Of a stretch of 32,000 nucleotides of DNA, positions 23,825 to 32,000 are shown one piece after another. The DNA is taken from positions 1 through 32,000 of the forward strand of contig JBAZJL010000002.1 in assembly GCA_041651335.1 (NCBI GenBank). Direction: 5' to 3'. A program made the position numbers and the translations under genes. The DNA comes from Minisyncoccota bacterium (GTDB lineage Bacteria > Patescibacteriota > Minisyncoccia > Minisyncoccales > Minisyncoccaceae). The stretch's first letter is position 1. Each line of letters begins with the position of its first letter. The notes under the pieces are model-generated. The model searched no databases and was not told the DNA's origin. It was given only the letters and a program-made list of their open reading frames with translations.

Positions 23825-24715
23825 ATGGAAAAAGAAAAGATTGACAATCTAAAAAAAGATTTAAAAAGTATAAAATTAAAAATAGAGGTTCTAGAAAAAG
23901 GGCTTGATTCGTTCAATTTATCGGCTGAAAAAGATTCTTCAAACAACTTAAAACACAGCCTTCCCCAAGGAATGTCCTTTGAGGATAAGCGTAAAGAAAT
24001 AGAAAATGAAATAGAAAAAGCAGAAAAAAGGTTAGAATTGCTTTTTGAAAGAAAAAAAAGAATCGAGCAGCTAAAAAAAGAAATCGAATCTAAAGAGGCA
24101 AAGGCAAAAACCCCAGAAGAAAGAAAAGACGCAGAGCAACAAAGAAGAATTGTCGAAGACGAAAGAAACTTAGTAGAAGAAAATTTAGCTCAAAAAAAAG
24201 AAGAGGTAAAATTAATGAAGCTTCAATTAAAAGACTGGGATAAGTTTTATTATGAAAAAACCGAATGGAATCCTGATTTTGAAAAAAGCCTTGACTCTCT
24301 TGTTTTAGAAGAAGAAAAACAAAATCTAATGCTTGATTTGGAAAAAATTCAAACCCGAACCACTGGGCTAAAAAATCTTTTACACGACACCGCCGCCCAA
24401 CGAGAAGTTTTAAATAAAAAATTATCGGAAATAAACAAGGCCGAGGAAATGGCAGAGCAAGAAATTAAATCATTGGAAGAAAAAATAAATTCTACTTCTT
24501 CGGAAGAAACTAGAGAAATAGAAGCTCTCAGAAGATCAACAGAAGAAAAAAGACGAGAGCTTGAACAGGCCAGATGGGAGGCAGAAGATGAGCTAGATCA
24601 CCTGGAAAACGTTTACACCAAGCTAAAAGCAGAATACCAGGTTATGCCTTTGGATATTAATAATATTAAAGAAAAACTAGCTCTAATAAATAAAAAAATG
24701 GATGAACAGATTTAA
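23825..24715 (+). CDS. Coiled-coil protein, shorter paralog of the upstream ORF
   Basis: 296 aa. FEDKRKEIENEIEKAEKRLELLFERKKRIEQLKK aligns with FEEKRKDIEREIDKARQRLDLILERKKRIEELKK in the upstream ORF. EEKRRELEQARWEAEDE aligns with EEKRRKTEEQRWQAEDD. Confidence 0.7.
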   Translation: MEKEKIDNLKKDLKSIKLKIEVLEKGLDSFNLSAEKDSSNNLKHSLPQGMSFEDKRKEIENEIEKAEKRLELLFERKKRIEQLKKEIESKEAKAKTPEERKDAEQQRRIVEDERNLVEENLAQKKEEVKLMKLQLKDWDKFYYEKTEWNPDFEKSLDSLVLEEEKQNLMLDLEKIQTRTTGLKNLLHDTAAQREVLNKKLSEINKAEEMAEQEIKSLEEKINSTSSEETREIEALRRSTEEKRRELEQARWEAEDELDHLENVYTKLKAEYQVMPLDINNIKEKLALINKKMDEQI

Positions 24716-24718
24716 AAA

Positions 24719-24799
24719 ATGAGCCTCTTAAAAAAAATACTGATTCGCGCTATTTATCTTTTGGTAATAATAATAATTATTTTTTTAATTATAAAATAA
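24719..24799 (+). CDS. Candidate 26-aa single-TM micro-protein
   Basis: ATG at 24719 and TAA at 24797-24799, encoding MSLLKKILIRAIYLLVIIIIIFLIIK. It fits exactly between neighbours, 3 nt after the upstream stop and 2 nt before the next ATG. It is below the size cutoff of the ORF track. Confidence 0.35.
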   Translation: MSLLKKILIRAIYLLVIIIIIFLIIK

Positions 24800-24801
24800 A
24801 A

Positions 24802-25167
24802 ATGGATCAAGCTTTAATACAAGAACTAAAAAATCAATTGGAAATTAAAAAATTGGAACTGGAAAAAGAATTAGAATCAATTGGGCAAAAATCTCAAGAG
24901 GGGAGCGAGCATTGGGAGCCAAGTTTTCCTAATGACGACACAAATACTGATATTGACGACGAAACAACAGAGGTAGAAGATTTTGAAAATATTTTGCCGG
25001 TTGGATATGTTTTAGAAGAAGATTTAAAAAATATAAATTTGGCTTTAAAAAAAATAGCCGACAACACTTACGGCAAGTGCGAAAATTGCAAAAAAGAAAT
25101 TTCCGAAGAAAGGCTAAAGGCTTTTCCCGAGGCAAGATTCTGCAATGAATGCAGTGCTAATAAATAA
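24802..25167 (+). CDS. DksA/TraR-family C4 zinc-finger protein
   Basis: 121 aa with an N-terminal coiled coil and the C-terminal motif CENCKKEISEERLKAFPEARFCNEC. Confidence 0.8.
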   Translation: MDQALIQELKNQLEIKKLELEKELESIGQKSQEGSEHWEPSFPNDDTNTDIDDETTEVEDFENILPVGYVLEEDLKNINLALKKIADNTYGKCENCKKEISEERLKAFPEARFCNECSANK

Positions 25168-25169
25168 AT

Positions 25170-26693
25170 ATGTGTGCCAAGGTTTTTTCTTCGGCCATTT
25201 TAGGAATATCTGCCCAAATAATTGAAGTGGAGGTAGAGTGCACCAATGGATTAAGATCATTTAGTGTTGTTGGTATGGCTACCAAGTCTGTAGATGAATC
25301 AAAAGAAAGAGTAGACTTGGCTATTAAAAATACTGGAATCAAAAGCCCAACCGAACAAACCCAAAAAGTAGTTGTTAATTTAGCGCCCGCGGAAATAAAA
25401 AAAGAAGGGGCGCTTTTTGATTTACCAATTGCCTTGAGCTATCTTTTGTCTTCAAAGCAATCCTATTTTAATCCTGATAAAAAAATGATTATTGGAGAGC
25501 TTTCTTTGGACGGACGACTAAAATCAATTAAAGGAGCTTTGATTATTGCCAGCGAAGCTAAAAAACAGGGCTTTGAAGAAATAATTCTTCCCAAACAAAA
25601 TAGCCAAGAAGCAGCGTTGGTAAAAGGAATTAAAGTCTTTGGATTTGAAAATTTAAAACAAGTTATTTGCCATTTAGAAGAAACAAGAATAATACCCGAA
25701 ACTATAATTAATGATTCTGAATTGCGCCTTGGTGAAACAATAGAACAAGGGGCAAATATCGGCTGGGTTCAAGGCCAAGAATATGCAAAACGCGCTTTAG
25801 AAATAGCAGCTGCCGGTGGGCATAATTTACTTATGGAAGGGCCTCCGGGCACAGGCAAAACTTTGCTGGCTAAATCTTTTGCTCGGCTTCTTCCTTTTTT
25901 AAACCAAGAAGAATCTTTAGAGGTAACAAAAATAAACAGCTTAATCGGAAGCTTGCCCATTGATTACCCTTTGATTGTTTCCGCGCCCTTTCGCTCTCCA
26001 CACCACACTTCGTCTGAGGCTGCTCTCTTGGGCGGAGGAAACCCGCCTTTACCAGGAGAAATAACTTTGGCGCACAAAGGTGTTTTATTTTTAGACGAAT
26101 TGCCAGAATTTCATCGCGATGTTTTAGAGTCTTTAAGACAGCCCCTAGAAGAGGGGGAGATAAACATTTTAAGAGCAAAAACAAAAATAAGTTTTCCAGC
26201 TCAATTTATTTTAATTGCCACGGCCAATCCTTGTCCTTGCGGTTATTATGGAGATCCAGAAAAAACCTGTACTTGCTCTGCTTCCCAAATTCAAATGTAT
26301 CGTCGAAAATTATCAGGACCATTGATGGATAGAATTGATATGTTTATTAATGTTCCTCGGATAAATTTTGATAAATTAAATGCTGAAGAGAATAAATCCT
26401 TGGAAAAAGAAATTAAAACCAGAGTTAAAGATGCTCGGAAAATCCAAGCTAATCGCTTTAAATATTCTCAAATATTAAAAAATTCAGAAATGCAAATTCC
26501 AGAAATCAAAACTTTTTGTAGTTTTGACAATGACTCGAAAAACCTTTTAAAACAAGCTGTTGATTCTGGCAAACTTTCTCCCAGGGCTTATCACCGTGTT
26601 TTAAAAGTAGCCCGAACAATAGCGGATTTGGATGCTTCGGAAAATATTCTTTTCTCTCATATTTCCGAAGCTTTAATGTATCGAAAAAAATAA
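25170..26693 (+). CDS. comM: YifB/ComM-family Mg-chelatase-like AAA+ ATPase
   Basis: 507 aa. The N-terminus is a Lon-like domain. Walker A is GPPGTGKT. It also contains LFLDELPEF and the ATANPCPCGYYGD Cys cluster. Confidence 0.92.
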   Translation: MCAKVFSSAILGISAQIIEVEVECTNGLRSFSVVGMATKSVDESKERVDLAIKNTGIKSPTEQTQKVVVNLAPAEIKKEGALFDLPIALSYLLSSKQSYFNPDKKMIIGELSLDGRLKSIKGALIIASEAKKQGFEEIILPKQNSQEAALVKGIKVFGFENLKQVICHLEETRIIPETIINDSELRLGETIEQGANIGWVQGQEYAKRALEIAAAGGHNLLMEGPPGTGKTLLAKSFARLLPFLNQEESLEVTKINSLIGSLPIDYPLIVSAPFRSPHHTSSEAALLGGGNPPLPGEITLAHKGVLFLDELPEFHRDVLESLRQPLEEGEINILRAKTKISFPAQFILIATANPCPCGYYGDPEKTCTCSASQIQMYRRKLSGPLMDRIDMFINVPRINFDKLNAEENKSLEKEIKTRVKDARKIQANRFKYSQILKNSEMQIPEIKTFCSFDNDSKNLLKQAVDSGKLSPRAYHRVLKVARTIADLDASENILFSHISEALMYRKK

Positions 26694-26696
26694 AAA

Positions 26697-26726
26697 AACG
26701 CCTCTTTTAGGCGTTGTTATTTTTTA
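26697..26726. terminator. Bidirectional rho-independent terminator between convergent comM and the M23 peptidase gene
   Basis: AACGCCT-CTTTT-AGGCGTT is flanked by an A-run upstream and TTATTTTTT downstream. Confidence 0.6.
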
Positions 26727-26731
26727 AAAAA

Positions 26732-27751
26732 TTAATAAGAAACTTTTGTGCCTACTTTATATTTTGTCAAAGGATTGGTTGTGCCTCGAACATCAAAATG
26801 CAAGTGAGATCCATTTCCGCCCAAACTAATTACTCTTCCAGTATTACCCATATAGCCAATAATCTGACCTTGCGTTACTGTTCCGCCAACAGTTAAACCC
26901 TTTGCAAACGCATTCAAATGGGCGTATAAGGTGACAACACCATTTGGATGAGCAATTGTAATATAATTGCCATAAGGCCAAACATTTTTCATAATTTGAA
27001 TCTGTCCTCCAGCAGCAGCCAGGATTGGAGTTCCAATAACATTAGAAATATCTATGGCATTGTAATAACTTCGGCCATTAGAAACATAAGAAAAATGAGC
27101 ACCTTGAGAAATCGTTCCCACAGCTGGCACGATAAAATAAGAATCAGATAAAGTTATTTGCGTGCTCGATCCAGCGCCAGAAACATCCTTAACTTGTGGT
27201 TTAGCTACTTGTTTAATTGGCATTTTTCCTCCTGGAATAATTAAAATATCTCCCACATAAATATCTCCGCTTTCCGACAAACCGTTAAAATCAATAATTT
27301 CTTGTTCATCTGCCTTATAGATCAAAGCCAAAGATTTCACAGTTTCTCCTTTTTCCACCATATGCATTATGCCATTAACAGGCAAAATCATTAATTCCTG
27401 TCCTGGAACGATTCGGCTGGTTGTTAATTCATTTGTTAAAAGAATGGTATCTATAGAAATATTGAATTTATCCGCAATTTCAGAAAGAGTTTCTCCTTTT
27501 TCTACTATATATTTAACAATAGATCTAGAATTTTCAGAACTACTATCATCAACCAATAACACGCCTAAATTTTGAGAAGAAATAAAAACAGGGGAGGGTA
27601 TTGCGCTCACAATACTATTTCCCCCGATAATCAAACTAGGTGCGGCTTGTGCTCCAGGCTCAATATTGGTAAAATTATTATAAGATTTAGCAAAAATACT
27701 GGTCTGTTCTTTATTTAAAGGCAAAACAGCAAAAACACCATAAGCAAACAA
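26732..27751 (-). CDS. M23-family metallopeptidase with two LysM domains (cell-wall hydrolase); start codon uncertain
   Basis: 339 aa from a TTG start. The LysM domains contain YIVEKGETLSEIADKFNISIDTI and HMVEKGETVKSLALIYKADEQEI. The M23 core contains YGNYITIAHPNGVVTLYAHL and GSHLHFDV. The frame stays open for 47 codons upstream. Confidence 0.85.
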   Translation of the reverse strand: MFAYGVFAVLPLNKEQTSIFAKSYNNFTNIEPGAQAAPSLIIGGNSIVSAIPSPVFISSQNLGVLLVDDSSSENSRSIVKYIVEKGETLSEIADKFNISIDTILLTNELTTSRIVPGQELMILPVNGIMHMVEKGETVKSLALIYKADEQEIIDFNGLSESGDIYVGDILIIPGGKMPIKQVAKPQVKDVSGAGSSTQITLSDSYFIVPAVGTISQGAHFSYVSNGRSYYNAIDISNVIGTPILAAAGGQIQIMKNVWPYGNYITIAHPNGVVTLYAHLNAFAKGLTVGGTVTQGQIIGYMGNTGRVISLGGNGSHLHFDVRGTTNPLTKYKVGTKVSY

Positions 27752-27947
27752 AGCTAAGACAATTAAACAAAAAAATCTGCCCTTTGGGCTTTTTAAATAG
27801 CTTATTAATCCTGATTTTTTAAGGATTTTAAGCGCAAAAGATGTTTTTTTTGATTTCTTTAAAATAAGCCTTGAAAATAAAATAATAAATTCTCACCATT
27901 AAATCGACACTATCTACGTATTATTAAGTTTACCTTGTTTTAAGCCT

Positions 27948-28811
27948 ATGTCAAGCAATTTTTCCACTGAAAAAACGTTCTTAAATAAGGCCTTTTCTGG
28001 TCCAATTTTAGCTAAAAAATCACTTGGCCAGAATTTTTTACAAGACAAAAATATTATTAATAAAATAATCGCCTCAGCTGGAATCACCAAAAATGATAAT
28101 ATTCTGGAAATTGGGCCAGGCCAAGGGGCTTTAACTTTTTTGTTGGCTTATCATGCAAATAAAGTAATTGCTATTGAAAAAGATGATAATTTAAGCCAAT
28201 TATTAAAAAAAACGATCCAAGATTTAAAAATTAATAATATCGAAGTTTTCAATTCTGATATTATCAAAGAATTAAAACAGGGGAGAGAATCAGAAGCAAT
28301 TAAAAAATTAGGCCGGCATTATCGGGTTATTGCCAATATCCCTTATTATCTTACTGGGCTTTTAATCAGGCTTCTTTTAGAGTCCACTCCTCAGCCAGAA
28401 AACATTACTTTAATGGTCCAAAAAGAAGTGGCACAAAGAATTGTTGAAGCTCCACCAAAAATGAGTCTACTTTCTGTGGCAGTTCAATATTATGCTAATC
28501 CAAAAGTCTTATTTTACGTCTCCAAAACCTGCTTTTGGCCACAGCCCAAAATAGACAGCGCAATCATCAATTTAGAAACTAAAAAATCCCATACTTTAGA
28601 GGCTCAGCTTTTTTTCAAAATTATTAAAGCTGGGTTTTCTTGCCCGCGAAAACAATTATTAAATAACCTATCTTCGGGTTTAAAAATAAGCAAAGAAAAA
28701 TTAAAAAACCGCTTTTTGGAAAACGGTTTTAATCCTTTGCGCCGAGCTGAATCGCTATCAGTAGAAGAATGGGAAAATTTATTAAAAATTATTTACCCGG
28801 CAAAATCGTAA
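27948..28811 (+). CDS. rsmA: 16S rRNA (adenine1518/1519-N6)-dimethyltransferase RsmA/KsgA
   Basis: 287 aa. It contains LGQNFLQD, the SAM motif ILEIGPGQGALT and ANIPYY. Confidence 0.93.
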   Translation: MSSNFSTEKTFLNKAFSGPILAKKSLGQNFLQDKNIINKIIASAGITKNDNILEIGPGQGALTFLLAYHANKVIAIEKDDNLSQLLKKTIQDLKINNIEVFNSDIIKELKQGRESEAIKKLGRHYRVIANIPYYLTGLLIRLLLESTPQPENITLMVQKEVAQRIVEAPPKMSLLSVAVQYYANPKVLFYVSKTCFWPQPKIDSAIINLETKKSHTLEAQLFFKIIKAGFSCPRKQLLNNLSSGLKISKEKLKNRFLENGFNPLRRAESLSVEEWENLLKIIYPAKS

Positions 28812-30096
28812 AATATAAAGGTTTTGTATTTTTTCTATCCTCTATATTATAAACCTTTCCATAGGTAATAGAATTAATACAATTACTTAATCCTTGTTTT
28901 CTAAATAATTGGCAATTCCCATCTTTGTCTTTTAGTAATAAAATAGTTCCTTCACTTATTTTCGCTGACAAAATAGTGTCTCCATCTTGGGGCATTGTTT
29001 CGCAAACTTCAAATTTAAATTCTTTTTGATATTCTGGAACAACGCAATAATTTGGCTCAATAAATGATTTTGTTGAATCATCCCAAATAGAATCTTTTGA
29101 TTCACAATTTGTGCCATTATAAAGCACAACCTCGGAAAGGGGAGTGGCTGGGTCAATTTTTAAAATATAAATAGAAGAAACTTGGCCGATTCCAGAAAAT
29201 TCATCGCTCTCATTAACTCGGACGCTATTTTCTTCGGAATTGTTCGGACTAACTTCGTTTATATTTGATAAATCATTCATTACCCAAGAGCACTTTCCAG
29301 TATAATTATCACCAGAAAAAAGCACGGCCCCATACTTAACAAATCCTTGTTCTGATGGTTGAACTATTTTGATTGATGCGGTTTTTTTATCAAACCCATT
29401 ATTGCCTAAAGCTGGCTGACTATTTAATAAATATAAAGGCGATTTTCTATTATCAAGTTGATAATCAGGGGCATTATAAAGATAAACCCCTGGCCTTTGC
29501 CAATCAAAAGAAATCGAACTGCTTTTGGCAATAAAAATATTGCTTCCGTTCATCACTTCTTGAGGAGTTCCGGAAAAATCTTTTTGCGGGAAAACAAATA
29601 TTCTTGGCAATTCTGATTCGCTGGAAAGCCATTTTATACTAGCTGTATTTTGAGGAACTTCGGTCATATCTCCAGCAATATTCTGTTCTTGCCCATTTTC
29701 GTATTGTAAAATTATTCCTCCGGAATATTGCCCTGGATTCAAGCTTTCTAAGGTATTTTTATTAATTCCGGAATTAATCGTGTTTAAAATCATTATTGAG
29801 CCGAATAAAACAATAAGCCCAACAAAAGATCTTGTTATTTCTCTTTTTGCTTTTTCTATTTTCCCGATTTCTCCCTTGGAAAGAAAATAGGAGATAGCTC
29901 CAAAAATAAGAACAAATGAGGCTGCTACCATTCCAAAAAATAAAGCAAAATTAAAAAAATAAACAAAATAATTAGTAAACGTAGGATTAGCAGGTAAAGA
30001 CACTCCGCCAATTGAAGGATAAGTAATTTCCATTGCCCAAGCATTATTGCTATAAAACAGTCCCAAAATAAATAAAAATAAATTGTTTTTTTCCAT
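28789..30096 (-). CDS. Secreted protein with a pilin-like two-TM N-terminal module and a Cys-containing beta-rich C-terminal domain (paralog A)
   Basis: 435 aa. It has a signal peptide and the core FGAISYFLSKGEIGKIEKAKREITRSFVGLIVLFGSIMILNTIN. The C-terminal motifs are VVLYNGTNC and DGNCQLF. Confidence 0.7.
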   Translation of the reverse strand: MEKNNLFLFILGLFYSNNAWAMEITYPSIGGVSLPANPTFTNYFVYFFNFALFFGMVAASFVLIFGAISYFLSKGEIGKIEKAKREITRSFVGLIVLFGSIMILNTINSGINKNTLESLNPGQYSGGIILQYENGQEQNIAGDMTEVPQNTASIKWLSSESELPRIFVFPQKDFSGTPQEVMNGSNIFIAKSSSISFDWQRPGVYLYNAPDYQLDNRKSPLYLLNSQPALGNNGFDKKTASIKIVQPSEQGFVKYGAVLFSGDNYTGKCSWVMNDLSNINEVSPNNSEENSVRVNESDEFSGIGQVSSIYILKIDPATPLSEVVLYNGTNCESKDSIWDDSTKSFIEPNYCVVPEYQKEFKFEVCETMPQDGDTILSAKISEGTILLLKDKDGNCQLFRKQGLSNCINSITYGKVYNIEDRKNTKPLYFTILPGK

Positions 30097-30100
30097 AAAT

Positions 30101-31480
30101 TTAATCTATTGGCAAAAATTCAAAAATATCAGGATTGCTAACGCTAGTTTCTAAAATTGAACAAACGCAATTACCAGAACAAAAATCTTTTTTATCAAAA
30201 TATTGACATTTATTCCCTTCAACTAAAACCACGCCGACAGGGCCATTAATTTTAAATGATTTTATTTTAAAGTCTTGGCCACAAGCTGAATCTAAATAAA
30301 TTCCCCAAGGATTTTCATAAATTTCTTGTTCGCAAGATTTTTGTTCGGGATCGCTTTCGTTTTTTTGACAATTAAGAGTATTATAAAAAGTTACTGTCCC
30401 ACTTACTTCCGTGCTTCCTGTTGTAGTGTATTTAAAAGCAATGGCTGAGCTTACATTATAGCCAAAAGGAATTAATGGCTTGCCTAATTGTCCCTCTTGA
30501 TTCAAATCAGAAAATCCAGTCCCGGTTCCTCCAGTTGGAAAAAACTCCAAACATGTTCCTCTAAATTCAGGCTCGGAAAAAAATACTGCTCCGGGCGTAG
30601 TTCCTAAAAATCCAACATGATTTTCTGGATCGGCTATAGTAAATCGCGGGGCAATAATTTGAACTGATTGAGTTTTATGAAAAAAATTAGGATTAGTTTT
30701 AGAAAAATCATTAACACTGCCTGTTAAGAAAAATGGAGAAATCGACCCATCGCCAACTTCAAAATTAGGCTTGTCGTATAAATAAATTCCTTCTCTTTTT
30801 TCAATTATTTTATAAGATTTTAACTTTGTGCCATCAACAGTTGGACTAAGTGCTAAGTCTTTTACTTCTGCTTCGGGATTAGCTGGATCAGGAAAAAGCT
30901 TAATCGGCGACCCTTTAAAGCCAGATTCAACAAATCCCCAAATTTCTTTTAAGCCATCGTATTTTGTAATCACAATACTTTCTCCTTCTTGTAATACTAA
31001 ATTATCATTAGCCATTGGAATAGACATTTCCAACGTTGTTTTTGCCTTTTCATTTATTATTTTCGTAACTGTTACGCAGATTGGAACGTCTTTGCATTCT
31101 ATTGCTTTGATTGGAGTATTAACTAAAGATTTATTAACCGTATTTAAGATTAAATGGCAAGAAAATAAAACAATCAAACCCACAAAAGCTCCCAAGGCTT
31201 GATTTCTGGCTGAGCTTATTTTCGTGGGTATTCCTCCACTGTTTAAAAAATTAAAACCAGCCATTACCAAAACAATAAATGCGATTATCGCTCCTAGGCT
31301 CACTAAAACATAAAACATATAAACAACATACTGGTCTGGGGTAGATTCATCGGTAATGGTTATTTTTTGGCCATCGATGGTTGTTATTTCCGGATATTGA
31401 GTTTCCAAAGCAGAGCAGGGCTGGATTAAAAAAACTGCTAATAATAAAACTCCGAAAATAATTATTGATGTTTTTTTCAT
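30101..31480 (-). CDS. Secreted protein with a pilin-like two-TM N-terminal module and a Cys-containing beta-rich C-terminal domain (paralog B)
   Basis: 459 aa. It has a signal peptide and the core MAGFNFLNSGGIPTKISSARNQALGAFVGLIVLFSCHLILNTVN. The C-terminal motifs are VTFYNTLNC, GNKCQYF and SGNCVC. Confidence 0.7.
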   Translation of the reverse strand: MKKTSIIIFGVLLLAVFLIQPCSALETQYPEITTIDGQKITITDESTPDQYVVYMFYVLVSLGAIIAFIVLVMAGFNFLNSGGIPTKISSARNQALGAFVGLIVLFSCHLILNTVNKSLVNTPIKAIECKDVPICVTVTKIINEKAKTTLEMSIPMANDNLVLQEGESIVITKYDGLKEIWGFVESGFKGSPIKLFPDPANPEAEVKDLALSPTVDGTKLKSYKIIEKREGIYLYDKPNFEVGDGSISPFFLTGSVNDFSKTNPNFFHKTQSVQIIAPRFTIADPENHVGFLGTTPGAVFFSEPEFRGTCLEFFPTGGTGTGFSDLNQEGQLGKPLIPFGYNVSSAIAFKYTTTGSTEVSGTVTFYNTLNCQKNESDPEQKSCEQEIYENPWGIYLDSACGQDFKIKSFKINGPVGVVLVEGNKCQYFDKKDFCSGNCVCSILETSVSNPDIFEFLPID

Positions 31481-31492
31481 ATTGGCTTTTTA

Positions 31493-32000
31493 TTATAATT
31501 TTTTTTCATAAGGAATGATTATAAAATTATTGATTTCCGCTTTTCGAAAAAATATATTATCACTAACACAATTTCCGCTAATAAGATTTGGACTATCAAT
31601 ATCAAAAAAATTGCAATATCTTTTGTTTGATGATTCCGCAATCATCAAAACACCCGATTCTTCTGATATTTTAACAGACAAAACATCTCCCGCAGATATT
31701 CCCGAACACGCAGAGATTGGAATTTTTTGCAATTTAAATAATCCTTCAAAAGGGGCAGAACACTCACTTAGCTGGCTTGATGTTGAGCCCAGGGGAATAT
31801 AACAGTTTAGGGTGTTATAAAAAGTTATCCCTGGATTATGGTTTTGAGCCAAAAAAGAATCTGAGCTTTTGAAAATCAAAATCGATCCGCTCTCTCCAGA
31901 AAAAGACGGATCATCTTCTTCGATTACATCGCTACAATCCGGGCTGGGAAGCTGAGGATAAAAATTATAATCATAGCTGTTATTATATTTTTCCAAAGCA
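31493..32000 (-). CDS. C-terminal part of a third paralog of the pilin-like/C-terminal-domain family (N-terminus beyond the window)
   Basis: The frame is open to the window edge, so the TTG start in the ORF track is probably not the real start. It shares ITFYNTLNC, RYCNFF and SGNCVS with the two neighbours. Confidence 0.6.
   Translation of the reverse strand, partial: ALEKYNNSYDYNFYPQLPSPDCSDVIEEDDPSFSGESGSILIFKSSDSFLAQNHNPGITFYNTLNCYIPLGSTSSQLSECSAPFEGLFKLQKIPISACSGISAGDVLSVKISEESGVLMIAESSNKRYCNFFDIDSPNLISGNCVSDNIFFRKAEINNFIIIPYEKKL

Overview
This is an AT-rich, tightly packed bacterial window. Its gene content suggests a Patescibacteria/CPR-type genome (inference): small housekeeping genes, tRNA genes without encoded CCA, Fak/PlsY lipid salvage, pilin-like proteins and a giant Cys-repeat surface protein.

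Gene layout:
- Left arm, minus strand: a secreted repeat protein of more than 1205 codons (absent from the supplied ORF track because it runs off the window), then clpP, tig and nusA.
- 7167-26693, all plus strand: cca, tRNA-Ala/Pro/Val, yraN, a lipid cluster (plsY, carS-like, fakA-like, degV, degV, plsY, plsY), tRNA-Arg, a short pilin-like gene, tRNA-Lys, rpsO, pnp, two paralogous coiled-coil proteins, a DksA/TraR zinc-finger protein and comM.
- Right end: an M23/LysM peptidase, rsmA and three tandem genes with a pilin-like N-terminus and a Cys-containing C-terminal domain.

The most unusual content is non-coding:
1. A GC-rich module of about 85 nt with three helices occurs 7 times, always directly downstream of a tRNA gene (Pro x3, Arg x1, Lys x3). 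Its flanks are tailored to the T-arm of that tRNA, and its hairpins show compensatory base changes between loci.
2. A 727-bp AT-rich block is bounded by 68-bp inverted repeats and carries ATGTTCCACGTGGAACAT palindromes spaced about 156 bp apart.
3. Two clusters of DnaA-box-like TGTCCACA motifs bracket this region, next to a gene-strand switch. This makes it a candidate replication origin.

I see no cas, integrase, transposase or reverse-transcriptase ORF in the window.
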